Of a stretch of 64,000 nucleotides of DNA, positions 39,253 to 53,800 are shown piece after piece. The DNA is from Tubulanus polymorphus. Taxonomy: Eukaryota > Animalia > Nemertea. The stretch lies in the NCBI RefSeq assembly GCF_964204645.1, contig NC_134030.1:10809947-10873946 (forward strand). The letters are read 5' to 3'. The position numbers and the translations under genes are program-made. The notes under the pieces were generated by a model, which worked only from the letters and a program-made list of their open reading frames with translations, had not been told where the DNA came from and searched no databases. The first letter of the stretch is position 1, and each line of letters starts with the position of its first letter.

Positions 39253-39856
39253 AACTAGAATGTCGCTGAAGACCCCACATCAGGTGAAACGCCTGGGTGT
39301 AAAATACACCCCGAGCGTATGTTGACCTATTTATGAAGGCAGGAAACGAAACATACAAAACGGCTTCCGGTGACCCTGACCTTTGACCTACAGGATTCGA
39401 AATCTAATCAGTCACTCAAGGTCTCTAGGGTAACCCAATCATAAAGTTTCACAAAGTTATACCGTTAATGAATTAAGAGCCTGGAACTAAAAAATACAAA
39501 ACATTTCCTAGTGACCTTCACCTTTGACCTACAGGACCCGAAATGTAATCAGTTACTCACAATTGCTAGGGTAACCCATCAATAGAATTTCAGTTAGTTA
39601 TCTTAAACCATTTCTGAGTTAGAGCCCGGAAATGAAATTTACAAAATGGCTTCCTGTGACCTTGACCTAAGACCTACAGGACCCAAAATCTAATCAGTTA
39701 CTAACCTCATATAGAACAACACAACTGTTTGAATTTGAAGAAAATATGTCGAAGGGTTTAGCTGCTAGGGCACGGAAACCACTGCAGACAGACGGACAGA
39801 CGATGAAGTTAATACAGTATGCCCAACACGTTGCGGGAGGGGGGGGGGGAATAAAA
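39253..39856. repeat. interspersed element with about three internal ~150-bp tandem units (possibly a non-autonomous Helitron/Helentron derivative)
   Basis: GTGACC(C/T)TGACCTTTGACCTACAGGA..AAT.TAATCAGT recurs at about 39370, 39510 and 39656; starts AACTAG and ends in a G-run plus ATAAAAA. Confidence 0.55.
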
Positions 39857-41122
39857 ACAAGATATTTCACGCAGTGTTATTTTAGTCAAGGGTCAGGAAA
39901 AATCTTCGATGACTCCCTGATCTGTAAGAATTACTCGAACATGGCCATACTCAGACCTTTGACTACCTCTGTAACTCAAAAACCAATACGGTAATATCCT
40001 GATTGAAATAATTGCAGGGGTGGATCCAGCTTTTTGAAATAGGGGGTGCAAATGAAAGGGTTGCTAAGCCATTTCAGAGCGAGGTTTGGGGGCTCTCTCC
40101 TAGAGTATTTTGGAAAAATAAATGCAATGAGGTGCATTCTAAGCGTACTTATGCAATATAATAGAGGGAAAATAAGTCACGTGGTGATGAAGATTTGGTC
40201 AATCCTCCATTACGTAATTAAAATTTGCAGCTACCATCCAGCAAACTAGTTTTTTACATACATGTATAGTGGCTTGAAAAAATTGTTTGCTTGGCAAAAA
40301 TAGGGGGGGTTTGCATGTCGTGTACGCTCCAGACTGGATCCGCCACTGAATTGGACTCATTTTGCCGTCCCAGTTTGTCTGCGTTTAGGCGAGGTAGACT
40401 AGGATGTATTTATTTATTGCACCAGTGAGTGACATAAGCCCTAGAAAGAAGGAACATCATCATTATACGCTATTTGGGTGTGGGATATTAACACTTGCAT
40501 CTTTTTTCGTAATATTGATTTAAAAAAACATGTAAAAATTGGTAAACTAAGCGAATGTCCAGTACAGTATGCGCAGTGCACAGGAAGCCTAAATGATGTG
40601 ATAGACTTACTACACATGTACAGCATTTTCATAAAATGGCTGATACTTCTTACTTGCTGTCTTTACTACATGAGCAGAATTATTATCTTGAGACATGCCT
40701 GGTTATCCTCCCTGCCTTGATATTCAATTCAAGTATCGATTAAGGTCTGCCCCTATTGGTATTAATAACTCTTCATTGGTAGTTAAGTTTTAAACATAGC
40801 CTAGACTTTGAAAACAAAACAATTCAATCATCACCATTAATAAGACATTATATCCGTGTTGTGATGATGATAAAAAGGGAATCCCGCAATAGTAATGAAG
40901 AATAATATTACCTAAGTCCGAAAATGTTTCCAAGAGCTAGTAGTTGATTCAATTTGACTATATTCTAATTGTATTCCTGAAGATATAGACTATTAGAACA
41001 TAGTCGAAAGATCTAGTTAACTACTAGCTCAAGAAAACAGTAGTGTATTCAACAACATTTCGACTATATTCTCATAGTCATCTTCAGGAATTCGATTAGA
41101 ATATAGTCGAAACCAACAGTAA

Positions 41123-41711
41123 GGCCACACAAAGAAATACCCTAGTTTCTCAAGAAAGTCAAATGCCGCCCGCATCATCAAAAAAGTACCTAATAAAAAT
41201 TGAAAAGTAAACTGGCTCGCCCGCATCGACAAAGCATCAATCGTCACTTTTTTTATGAAAATTAAAACCCGCTCGCCCGCATAGCTGTATAATGTATGAC
41301 AGAGGTTTTTTTTCTGCGGCCGTTTATATGTTATCCTCCACGTACTGGTAATTCACATTTTACGGTGACAACAACAGCGGCAAGTTTGTTTCTTCTTACA
41401 TCATTTTGAGGAAGCGAAAATGATTGTCTCAGCTTCGATTAATTGTGACGATATAGTTTGATTTTATAGGTTTAGGGAGCTTCTTAATTCTAAATACAGT
41501 TTTTTGCATATGTTCTACATGTACTTGCATTACTGGTTTGTTTGGCATTGGTAAAAAAGCTTCCCTCCTGCATCTCTTCTATAAGTCTCAGATTGAGCTT
41601 TTTATTTTAACTTTTTTATTTAAAAACAGCAATAAAAATAAAATTTGCCCGCCCTCGTCACTTTCCAGAAAAAAAATCTGATGAGAAACTAGGGTATTTC
41701 TTTGTGTGGCC
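41123..41711. mobile_element. MITE with perfect 30-bp TIRs and TAA TSD
   Basis: GGCCACACAAAGAAATACCCTAGTTTCTCA at both ends (inverted), flanked by TAA; nested in an older repeat (about 40955-41780). Confidence 0.9.
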
Positions 41712-41939
41712 TAATTTATTCAACATTTCGATAACATTCTAATTGTCATCTTCAGGAAAACGATTAGAATACAGTCGAAACGTCGAATTAATCACAAGCT
41801 CAATGAAACATATTCGGCCTTTATATCATTCTTCGTTGTTATTGTGCGATTCTCTTACTAGTATAACAATATATAATCATATCTACTCTAGTCTCGCTAG
41901 ATCTGGAATACACGTTCTACAATGCGTTAAGTAACCGAA

Positions 41940-44900
41940 CTACGAGTACCGACGCCCGAGAATATTTCTTCCGAAAACGTACGGCGCCGATTGCTTCGTT
42001 TTGGCGTATTTTCCCCAAGCGCCGAACGGTATGATAATGACCGAGCTGTTGTCCTCCGAACCGTAGTGCAACGCTTGATCGGTGACGATGTTCGCGGCTT
42101 CGCTCGGCGATTTCGTCGAGCTGATTAAATCGCACAGTTCTTGATCGTTCATCACGTAGTTGATGCCGTCGCTGGTCAGCACGAGAAAGGCGTCGTAGCC
42201 ATGTTTTATCTACGTCGGAGAAAAAGAAACAAAACGAGAGAGAAATTGATAGATCCGTGAGAAAATATCACACGTATTAGAAGACAAATATACGAAGTGA
42301 ATCATCAGGGCCGTACCTAGCATTCAATTATTTTTATGTAAAACTAATACAGCCTTATTTCAAAAGACAAGAGAAAATAAAAGAAGTACAATTAAGTTAC
42401 AATATAAAAGCCCAAGATATATGGCATTCATGTCCTATGTTACAAAATAGGAGATTCTCATCAATACATTTGCATTAAATGAAGTAGGGGCCCAGGGAAA
42501 CCATGCCCATTTAGAAAGTGGTTTCAAATGCTCAACAATCTAACAATTTCAATATTCAACGCCTCCTGGTGACCATATACAGAAACCCATGACCTTGAAA
42601 CTCACCACAATCATAGAACATGTTATGAACTACAACTATACAATTGATTATGATAACAAAATATGCCTAGGTACCTATCTAATAAGGAAATACTAAGTTA
42701 TTCTACTATTCAACGCCTCCTAGTGACCATATAGAATAAATAATGTCCTTAAAACTCACCACAATCATAGACGATTTCATGAGCTACAACTTTGCAATTG
42801 ATTGTGGTAACAAAATATGCATAGGTACAAATAAAATATAGAAATACAAAGTTATTGTATTATTCAACACCCCCTGGTGGCAATAATACAAAAACCAATG
42901 ACCTTGAAACTCACCAAAATCATAAAACACGATATGAGCTACAACATTCCAATTGATTGTGGTAACACAATATGCTTAGGTATCAATATAATGTGGAAAA
43001 CTTTTTCCAACTTGAGAATGAGTACTGATGACACCAAGATAGCCGCCAATTGCACCATAATTGGCTGATCAAAAATACCTGACTCGGGTATAAAACATCC
43101 CTTTCCAAAGAATACCCATCACAAATTGCAATGAGAAATGGCAAACCAGTAGGAAGCTACAGGACTCAGAATTCGGGCCAAAATTTTTGGGCACTAAAAA
43201 GGTCATAGGACGACCATCTTGAGTCCGGTCGACCCAATTTTTCTTATGCTGATGGGCCCTTGGGGAATTCAAATATATACGAAAGATCAAGGTAATTGAT
43301 CAAAGCATCTTCAAAATTTCCCTCAAAAAGTTCAAAAATGTGTAAAAAAGTGCTGATTTTGGCAAACAACAATGGCTGTCAGTCAGCCATTTTGATTCTG
43401 ACCGCTGGGACTTAGGTCCCACGTGGGCTAAAAGAATTACTTCCATACCCATAATAAAACTCTTTGTTTTACTCAATAGTATAGCAAATGGTGCAATTTA
43501 AGTTCCCTCAACTGACAATATTTTCACACCATATGTTACCATGGAAATGATCATCATCGGAACCGTACGTGACCCTACTATCACAAAATAACAATATCTC
43601 AAGCTGAGCTAATGTGTCAATGAGAATCTAAAAATTCCTCTGTCTGCTCCTCTACTAAAAGTGCATTGAAATTAAGCCATACAGCATCAGTAAAATCTAG
43701 AGCATTACCCGAAATAATATTTGCAAAAGGGGCACTTTTCCAAAATTTCTGGGGGGCAACTGCCCCCATAAGGTATGCACTGATCATATTACAGTAGACT
43801 CGGCTTGATCTGAGGTACTCGGCTTGATCGGCTTAACAACCCAGTTAACCATTTATTTCGGATAGGCCTATATGTTGAAATACTTTTGTGACGATATATG
43901 TTTAACATAACATGTAACACCGGTATCACTGTTGGACAACTTAACGGTGCCAAAAAAGGTCAGTCTTTAAGCAGAGTTTTCTGTATGGTAAATCAACCTG
44001 GGACAGATGAAATACGTACCATCCAACTCGGATATCTCTCAAGTTGGACACACTTTTATGGCCCCAAAAGATCCGATTTGAGTGAAGTCTACTGTAATTT
44101 TCTTAAATCTGAGTTAGTCAAACATATGCTGACGCTGTAATTTTAAATAGGCTGTATTCATTGTTAAGTGTGTAACATCGTGGCTGCTGAATTAGCGGTG
44201 CTATTGATCCTCCAAAAAATACAGAAACTTAAGCTTAACCCATTTAGCACTCAGGAATTAAACTCACTCCTTAGAAAATTCAAGGGAAAATTCAAGTTCA
44301 TCACGATACCAAATAGCTCATTTGCTGTTAATTTTAATGCACAACGAGTTCGTGATATTTTGTAGTAAATAGTCAAGGTTTTCATATGATATAAGATGTG
44401 ATGAGGTGGGCCACCAAAATCATGTCCTTTGGCTCCAAAAATCGATCCAAAATTAACGGTCCTTGGATATGAAGTAAGCGCTCAGATCTGTCATGTTCTT
44501 ACTCCTAATACTCAAGAATTTCAAATAGGAAGATGTTGATTTCTGCACCGTATTTTGAGGACTTGGGTGTCTAGTTTATCATAAGCTATTGGGTTTGAAT
44601 CCCGCTAGGGGCCTAACCGCTTTTGTGCAGCATACCAAAAATGTGTCAGGGCTCGAGGAGTAATAGGCAGGATGGATACGGCCTTGAGTGCTAATGGGTT
44701 AATTTCTGGCAGGGCAGCAGATATTTAGGAGCGGCTGATTTTCTAATTGGTGCATGTAAAAATGAAAAGGGTGGGCAACCCTTTAAAATCTGTTGCAGAG
44801 AACGATGCCCTGTTCACCCAGCCTCTAATGCGAACGCCGTTTTCCGATGGATGGATCTAAAAACGAAAGGGTCGGCTGCTCCTCCAAAACCTGTTGCGGA

Positions 44901-47900
44901 GAACACAACCTGCTTCCAATGAGAACACCGATTGATTTTTAACGTTTTCCGATGGGTGGATCTGATGAAAGGGTCGGCCGCCTTTCTAAAACCTGTTGCG
45001 CACAGAACAACGCCCTGTACACGCAGACTCCAACATGCGTTGATTTTTAACGTTTTCCGATGGGTGGATGTAAAAGTGAAAATGCTGGCTGCCCCTCTAA
45101 AACCTGTTGCAGAGAACAACGCCCAGCCTCCGATGAGAACAATGTTGATTTCTAGCAACACCGACTACTGACCTGTATAGAGCGAGTATACGGAATCGCC
45201 GTGACGCCGAAACGTTTCAATTCCACGTCGCCGATACTTCTTGTCATCGCCAGACGATTGTTGACCATCGTGCTGCCGATGCTGTTATGAGTTACCATGC
45301 CGCCGCGTTGTTTGATGCGTTTCTGTTCATTTTCGTCCTCTGGTTCGTGGTCGACCGACAGACGTAACGACTGCGCGCGGCGACACAAGATCGCGCGACT
45401 ATCGCCGACGTGTCCGATACACAGTTCAGTGCTGTGACGTAGTAGACACACCGTGGCCGTCGTCCCTCCGTTCATTTCGCCTTTGCCTTTCGGATTTACT
45501 TGAAAGAAAAGAAAAGAACGGAAATCATGAAAATCGTTGTTCTAAAACTTCTGGGGTCAGTTGCTCAAAAGTTAGAGTTAACCAGTGGATCGTTTAAATA
45601 GGCTAGTGACAATTAACCTGTTCACTACCATAAGCGACTGAAATTTTGGTTGCAAATTTTGCCTATTGTTTTCCATTGCAACTGATATTTCTAGTGGCTG
45701 TATATGACCTGAGGGTGCTAGCACAGCACAGCACAGCACAGCACAGCACAGCACAGCACCACTACGGGGTACATAGGTGTGTTTTGATTAGCAGAAAGCC
45801 GTCTGCTTTCATTATAGTTCCTTTTCAACTGGATAGGCGTCACCACATACCAGCAACATCAAAAATGAGCTAACGCCATCTGTTACAGAGCGTGCACAAT
45901 TGTCTGGGAGTGAAAGGGTTAAAAGTTCATAGTACTATGGTATTCATCCGCCGGTTATCTTAAACCTACTTTTGAGCAATGCGCCCCCTGGATTCGCTGT
46001 CACGTAGGGTTCTCAGACAAATTATAATTCCAGCCAATTAACCGTGGTTTATTGCCCACCAACGGTTTATATCCCTTGGCCCGGTTTCATGGACTGAGTA
46101 TCAAATCTAACCGTAGGGGTTAATCCTCAATCTGGGTGACAACCACCATAGTAACAATGAGAAACCATGGTTATAACTGACATATTTCAAAAGATTCCCA
46201 GGGACTATTTTTCTTCAACATTTATGAAACCTAGCCCTGGTAAATGCCCTCACAAATCCCCCCACCCCGTCTTGCCCCCCCAAAACTTACCCCTATATCT
46301 ATTGGTCCCAAGACAATCCCCTCACAAACCATCCCCTCGCAAATTGTCCCCAGACAACTACTATGGATTGTAATTGCCCCTTTGGGTTATCCGTTCTATG
46401 TTCCATGTAGTGCCACAAAACTATTCCAACCAATGCCAGATTTAAATGGCTATCCGAATTGATTGGATCCGACTTGACCTGAGTGAGTCTACTGCATAAT
46501 GTTGAAATGGCTGTAGTCACATGAGGGCCATTTAAGGGTTCAATTCCATGGGGGAAAGATGCCTGGAGGGTAGTCTCAATCGGGGATTTTGCGATCATCC
46601 GATTTTCAATAATACAAGCCATACACGACATCGGTTCTCGACCAAAAGCTCATAATTTTGTGAAAACAACTTTTTTAATTTAGACCCCTTTTCACTGCAC
46701 ATGGCCTACTCTTTGCACTGCACAACTAGACCCCTGTTATAACATTGCACCAAGTTTCATCAAGGTCGAGCCACTATTGACCAAGCAAAGTAGCTTTAAG
46801 ACAGACAGATACGCAAAAATATACAGTGTTAAAATAAGGGTCTCGTAACTTAACCCATCAGCACTCAAGCCGCTCGTATCCGCCCTGCCTATTACTCCTT
46901 AAGCCGCCCGAATCTGCCTGGCACTTTTTTCGTATGCTGCAAGAAAATGGCTATAGTGGGATTTGAACCCAATCGCTAATGATAAACTACGCACCTAAGT
47001 CCTCGAAATACCAAACAGAAATCAACATCCTCCTATTTCAATTTCTTGAGTATATCGAGTTTGAACAAGACACATCTGAGCGCTCACTTCAAATCAAGTA
47101 TTTTTGGATGAATTTCCGGGGGGCCAAAAGGACACGATTTTGAGGGCCCACCTCATCAAATCTTATATCATATGAAAGCCTTGACAATTTACTACAAAAT
47201 AACACTAACTTGCAATGCATGGAAATAAATAGCAAGTGAGCTATTCGGTATCGTGATGAACTTAGATTTTACCTTGAATTTTCTGAGGAGTAATTGTGCA
47301 ATTCCTGAGTGCTAATGGGTTAAAAAGGGAAGCCTGAGAACCAATATTTATCAGCAGCTGCGTTGGAACTGTAGTGACTGCAGCGGCGAAAGTCGCAGCA
47401 ATGATTTACTGAATGACTTTTTTTTTCTTTCTATACTATGGTTTTGATGAAATTGAAGTAAATTAACCCTTTCCGAGCTGACTAATTAATACCCCAAGTG
47501 CTGGAGAAAATGTGAAAATTTGGGAAAATTCCACCCTAGTGTGTTGAATAACGGGAATACCACTATCATGAGTCTACACCGTGGTGCGGTGTATCGTTAG
47601 TTACTACTATTTCACTATGTTTGACAGGTGCTGTCATCTTTGTATAGAGATAAAAACTAAAAACTAATTACATCAATACACCGCAGTGCGGTTACTAGCA
47701 AAATCCATCACCGATTCATACAACGCACTGCGGTGTAGACGCACTGAAAGGGTTAATCAATACGACGTGCCTGATCAGTGAAATACATACTTGGTTTCTT
47801 GATATAATCGTAATACATATGACGAGATAGTTTATTATTTAGATCGATGAACGACTGTTTCAACACGGTCAACAAATTGCTTTCGTCTCGCATCCAGAAC

Positions 47901-48373
47901 TTGATGTGATCTTCGAGAAAGTCGCACGCGAAATCCGCCGCGATCGCGCCGCCGTGCCCGTCGAACATCGCGAAATACGAAACATCCGGCGTCAATTGCG
48001 AGATTTTCAGCCGGTCTTCATTTACGGTGCGTCGTCCGAGCACCGTCGAGTGTCCGATGTTCTCGAGCGTGATTTTCGGTATCGGTAATCCGGCCTTTTT
48101 GCTCTGTTCGACCAACAGCGGAAAGTTCAGTCGATTGTCCCACGTGCCGAGTGTGTCGAAATTGATTCCGCGCTGCGCAACGCCTTTGTTTTCCGGGTCG
48201 CTTAATGGCGTCGAATATAGTCTGCACGGCGGCGTCGCCGCCGGTTGCAACAACGCAAGAGAAAAAATACAACACTGTTCGGGCTTCGTATTCGAGTTCT
48301 TAAAATACAGTCTGAATACGGATGATAATTTTATGTCTTGGTGATGGATTCGTTTCTTCATCAAATTAATCAT
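41940..48373 (-). CDS. PPM1K: mitochondrial PP2C phosphatase; coding exons 48373-47791, 45498-45173, 42209-41940 (392 aa)
   Basis: GTWDNRL, FDGHGG, GTTAT, HVGDSRA, RLAMTRSIGD, LTSDGI, GSEDNS, PFGAWGKY; exon phases consistent with GT-AG introns. Confidence 0.93.
42550..42990. repeat. about three diverged ~155-bp tandem units in a PPM1K intron
   Basis: TATTCAACGCCTCCTGGTG...GAAACTCACCACAATCATAG...CAATTGATTGTGGTAACA repeated. Confidence 0.75.
44239..44698 (+). mobile_element. piggyBac-like MITE family A, copy 1 (TTAA TSD)
   Basis: TTAA-CCCATTTAGCACTCA ... TGAGTGCTAATGGG-TTAA. Confidence 0.85.
44730..45140. repeat. ~110-bp diverged tandem repeat next to PPM1K exon 2
   Basis: AAAACCTGTTGC.GAGAAC and GTTTTCCGATGG.TGGAT repeated 3-4 times. 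Confidence 0.75.
45721..45758. repeat. (GCACA)n microsatellite
   Basis: Direct inspection. Confidence 0.95.
46854..47319 (-). mobile_element. piggyBac-like MITE family A, copy 2, inverted relative to copy 1
   Basis: TTAA on both sides; its reverse complement aligns with 44239-44698 along its length. Confidence 0.85.
47467..47752. mobile_element. piggyBac-like MITE family B (TTAA); inverted relative of 52420-52764
   Basis: TTAA-CCCTTTC ... GAAAGGG-TTAA; internal TTTGACAGGTGCTG matches the reverse complement in the second copy. Confidence 0.8.
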
Positions 48374-48882
48374 TGCGGGGTCGTTTAATCAACTGAAAGA
48401 AAACCGTTATTGATTAATATTCACGATTCCACCAATTGCACCCAGTTCAGGTAGCCTAGGCCTAGGCCCTACTGCTTCGATTTACGAACGAGTTAAGTTT
48501 AAGACGGTAAAGGTATAAGTTTAGACAAGCAGCCTATCGGCTGATACAGCTCCGCTGTTTTATGATAAGATTTTACAAGGACCACCTACACGGCAATCTC
48601 AAGAGTTCAAATCCAGAAAACAGCTCTATAACTTTTTAGCCCTTGGCCCATAGTATCTACATACCAAGCTGTGTCAATATCAGATAATGATTGTAGGACT
48701 GGTAGCAATTGAAAGAGTTTACAAGTGTGACCTGTACAGCGCCCCCTAGATATCAGATTGGGAAGGCTCAGCAACATTTGGCTTCCTCAACTAAGTTTCG
48801 TCAACATCTGTATTTAATAGGCTTTGTGTTTAACACAGGTGCTCGTAGTTAAAGTTTGGGGATAAGGAATAGCCTATTCTCA

Positions 48883-49082
48883 ATCCTCACTTGCCAGATT
48901 TTGATTACCGCCCGCTGAAGTTCACGCCAACACAAACCCTGGCCTGGCTAGATATATAGACTGGTGTCTGCTGAGTGGGAACGTGTCCGCCCAAGAAATC
49001 GTGGGTGATGTAATAGACCAATGAAGGGTTTGTGTTGGTGTGAGCTTCACCAGGCGGCAATCAAACCCTGGCAAGCGAGGAT
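48883..49082. mobile_element. MITE with ~55-bp TIRs; partial copies at about 34298 and 53950
   Basis: ATCCTC.CTTGCCAG..TTTGATT...CACGCCAACACAAACCCT and its inverse. Confidence 0.75.
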
Positions 49083-49212
49083 GAAATTCTCCTATATCCC
49101 AGGCCCTGCAGCTATTGGAGGTGGTAGAGGCCTATTAGGCTACTATCCACCCAAAAACTAACTTCAACTAAGCTTTCATAGTCACCCTAGCCATAACCCG
49201 GAAGAATGCCGT

Positions 49213-49512
49213 TGATCCCATGTCTCATTAGTCCCACGTCTCATTGGTCCCACAATTTATTTGACATGTCATCGGTCCCACGTCTCATTGGTCCCAACTA
49301 GCCCACATTAAACAGGTGTGAAAATCAATACGCCCATTTCAGGATGGCCCTGGTGTGGCTATTTAACTAGGATTATGGGGCCTGGACTGGGTCCAGTACT
49401 CCTGTAGATGTGGGACCAATGAGACGCGGGACTCATGTAATGTGGGACCAATGAGACGTGAGACCAATGAGACACAGAATCAATTGTGGGACCAATGAGA
49501 CGTGGGACTATC
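49213..49512. repeat. foldback-like element built from GTCCCACGTCTCATTG sub-repeats
   Basis: Direct repeats on the left, inverted copies (GTGGGACCAATGAGAC) on the right. Confidence 0.75.
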
Positions 49513-50856
49513 GAGCAGAACCCCATAACCCGCTGGGTGTCAGTTTTTGTTAAAAAGTTCGTTCGAGTTGCCGGCCGAGTTACCTATACAACCTGGAATA
49601 CTGAATCATCTCACAGGGCTTGTCACCATAACGTGACAGCCCGTGTGCATTTCATCCAAAAACTTCTACGTGCCCCGATCTTGTGTCCTTTTGAAAAATG
49701 TACAATTGAATATAATTGGGATACCATGACATCATGACACAGGGGCTTGTCACAGTTTGACGGATAATGACACTGGTTTAGTTTCTGTATTCTCCCGGTG
49801 GTTTCATCCATTCTCCATTTATTGTAACAAGGCCTAGCCCTCTGTCTGGCTAGTTAGTTACCTAATCGTTGGTGGTAAGCTTCTAGGGCAATAGTCTGAA
49901 TACCAGACGTTGTTATGGTCCCTGAGGAACAACGGCTAGATACTGGACTATTAGGGCAAGGCCCCTCTGAAAGGCCTATATATAATCTTTAATTGGATGG
50001 GCTTGTGGCAGGGACAGATCTAGGGGTAAATCTAGAGGGTCTTCTCAGAATTCTAGGGCATACCTAAAAGAAAAGGGCACTGCTAACACACCGAGCGCAG
50101 TGCGCGAGGCTAACACTCCTTCAGCGCTAAGCCCTTCCGGGGTCCGAGGTCCCGCCAGAAAAATCTTGAGATTCCAGCACTGATTAGAAGCCATTTTGAG
50201 TCATGAAATTGTTTTGCGAGCAAAATATTTGGAGGGCACTTCAGAATTTTGAGGGTCTTCCAGAAGACCCTTAACTAAGAAGAACCCCAATCCGGCCTGT
50301 GTGGTTTGTGAAAATATCCGATTTGCGATCGTGAAACTATACAGGAGGTTGTCACAATTTGATGGAGGTCGGATGGATGACACCAGTATCCTTTTTTTAA
50401 TATTGGGATACTTTGGTGTCATCCATCGCCTCCATCAAATTGTGACAAATAAAACGAAGAGGCGCCCCCCTCTGCACAGACCTGACTAAAAAGTAAATAA
50501 AACCCACGGCCACGAACAGACAGGTTTTTTGACTACCACAAACCCACACCAGAAGGATGCCTGTCAGTCGAAAGGGTCCGAATAGAGTGGATAACGCTAT
50601 ACATCACATATACACTTACAAGGCCCGTAATAAATCTGTTGATTCAAAAATATAGCAAAAATCTTCAGGCCGGGTAATTTATCAATTTAGCGTAAGGTGC
50701 TGCCACCATCACAAAACTAGTGACATTTTTAACCCGAAATTTCAAGGTCGTTGAGCTCCAGTATTGACAACTAAGTGTTTTTTGGTTTTTATGGAAATTT
50801 TTTTGATGATAGCGCCCTAAATACTCGCATTTAGGCAATTGAAGACATTGAGCCCC

Positions 50857-53800
50857 ATGGCTAACCTAACCGTATTGCCGAAAATTGAAAAACTCTCATC
50901 ACTGGTGACACGAATTTTGGGATGCAATCCTGGCTCTTTTCGGCTGCAGGGAACTAATTCTTATCTAGTTGGATCTGGTTCCAGGTAAGTCACCCCCTGA
51001 ACAGGGATTTTGAACCTGGAAGCATCGAGATTGCCACGGTACGGAATCCTGCCACACTAGACCGATTGATTGTGCAGCTACGCATGCAGCTTGATGACGT
51101 TATTAGTCGATCGGATATCCCGTTCGGTGTTTAATTTTAGCTCAGGTTTTCCCATTTATGTGGCATAGTTCTGCAGTGAAATTTGCCTCGACGGTTATAC
51201 AAGGAGAAATCTGATTGGTGCCGCAAGTTTTTGCGCAGTGAACCTGTGCATGAAGTTGCGCAACTGGTCTAGTGTGGCAAGGGTTTGTGCCGTGGCCGAG
51301 TGTAGCGATGCCATCGGGTTCAAATCCCTGTCAAGGGAGGGTGGTTAAGTCAGTTATATTGAGCGCACGGACTTGTAACAATGATACGTAGTCAGTGGAC
51401 AAAATTCCTATTGGCAATTCTTTTTTTCGACTTTTATCCATCCTTTGAATTAAATCTTGAATTGTAGAAGAATATTGATTGATACCAGCGATCCTGGTCA
51501 AGATGAATATACAGCCAATTTGAACAAAGTCCTACAGAAATATGGTGCCCAACTTCAAGAGATTGTTATCACGCATTGGCACGAGGACCACGTCGGCGCT
51601 GTACAAGATATTTGCAGCAATATTCTACACGGTATTTGAATAAGAAAACAATTAAGAAAACAAAGACTTTTATCATGCTTTCGTGCAAATGTTGTGACTT
51701 TTAACATTTTAGATGGAATAAAGGTGTCGAAGATAGAAAGGAAAAGTACTCCAGATCGTGACATCGGTCCCTTGGCAAAATACAATTTCATCAATAAAGA
51801 CCAGGTTTTTCAGACGGATGGAGCAACATTAAGGTACAACAAAATAGAGTGCAATTCTATTTTACTACCTTGGGTCGAAAATTGCTTCCAACGCGCCTGT
51901 ATTTTCATACGATTTCTAGGCATTTGAGGGACATTTTAGAAAATGTAAGCTAAATCTTGTGCCGCAGAATGCTGTCCCATTAGTTGCGAGTGGAAAAAAT
52001 TGCCCTGAAAAATATAGCTTTCAAAAAGGCACGGGAAAATTGTAAGGGGAGTTTTTGCTCATTGTGCTCCTGCCTGGATCCGCCCGTGAAAGATGCTAAT
52101 TTTTCATTTAATGAATTGCATTTTTAAATTACGTGGAAGAGATTTTCTAGGTTTGATCCATTTTAGGGTACTGCTTACTCCTGGACATACAGAGGATCAT
52201 ATGAGCTTATACTTGGAGGAAGAGAATGCAGTTTTTGCTGGCGATACAGTACTAGGAGAAGGATCTTGCGTATGTATCTTATTGTGATACATCGACGAAC
52301 AAATAGATACCGGTATCTTGAATATAATCAATTCAGACACACTAACACCTAAAAAATAGCCCAAACCAATGTTCAGGGGCAGGCATATTTTACCAGCTCA
52401 TACTCAAACTTTTCTTTAACCCTTTCAGTGCGTCTAGCCCGCATTGCGGTGTATAAATCAGTGATGAACTTTGCTAGTACATCGCATTTCTTTGGTGTAC
52501 TGATGTAGTTCGTAAACGTTTTTTTCTCTAATGAAAGACGGCGTATTGATGAAGTTCGTAAACGTTTTTTTCTCTAATGAAAGACGGCAGCACCTGTCAA
52601 ACACAGTTAGATATAAGTAACTAACAATGCACCGCGCCGCGATGTAGACACATTATAGCTGATACCTGTTGTTTGATGCACTGGGCTGGAATTTTTCAAA
52701 CATTTTCAAATTATCTCCAGCACTTTAGGGTAGGCCTATCAATTAGTAGTCAGCATTGAAAGGGTTTAGAAATCTGATTCCAATTTTTCAGAATTTAACT
52801 GATTTTTAACAACCTTTACATGTAGGATATTATTGTACAAGGCCCGATTTTACAGAAAAGTTCAACTCAAGTTTATGCTTAATTGCTGCTGGTTATGATT
52901 TCAATGTAAACAACAATTCAAACTTAACCGTTTTGAGCTTAAACGTTTTTGTGAAACTGGACCCGGTACAATATTGTAGTCAATTTTTGTTAAATTCAGG
53001 CGTTCGAAGATCTTTACGATTACATGAAGTCATTGGATTTGATTAAGAGTGTCAAGCCAAGTCGTATTTACCCGGGACATGGTCCGCTGATAACAGACGC
53101 CGTGTCGAAACTTACCGAATACATCGAACACAGAAAAATGAGAGAAAAACAAATCATTGATACGCTTCATTTGAACAAAGATAAATGGCATAACACTATG
53201 GAGTTACTAAAACTGATATATACAGTAAGTTATGACTATTGCATCTGAAAAATCCTGAATTATCCGCCCACCTTTGGTTTTCCGCCAAAATAACCCACAA
53301 AATTCCAGTAAATTGGTGATGAAAATATTGTTCAGTTATTCGACACTTTCGATCGTCTGCCACTAAAGGATATTGATCCAGAGTGTGGTAGATAATCAAT
53401 AGTTGACCAAGTGCTTACCTTTCACAGAAATGTCGGTAAGTGCTGAAAATTGTTGCTTTTTGATTAAACAAGTCATCTGAAAAATTTGTCAGCATTTGTA
53501 ACCGTGATAGATAGTGTTGATTGAATGATCAGACGCCAAGCGCACATCATTTCCGGGCTATTGCAGAAACTTGACCTATTGCATGAATGACAGATTGATG
53601 TGAATTAATGTCTATAGTTTATTGATATGATATGGTTTGACAAATCATGATGAGCAGATACGTACAATGTCTATCATGGGAACAATTCACTAAAATTCAT
53701 TTAACCGAATAATTTGCTCTTATTTTAGGATATACCGGAAACGCTTTATCTGGCCGCTGGTCATAACATGTTACAATCAATTGAGAAACTGATTAAAGAA

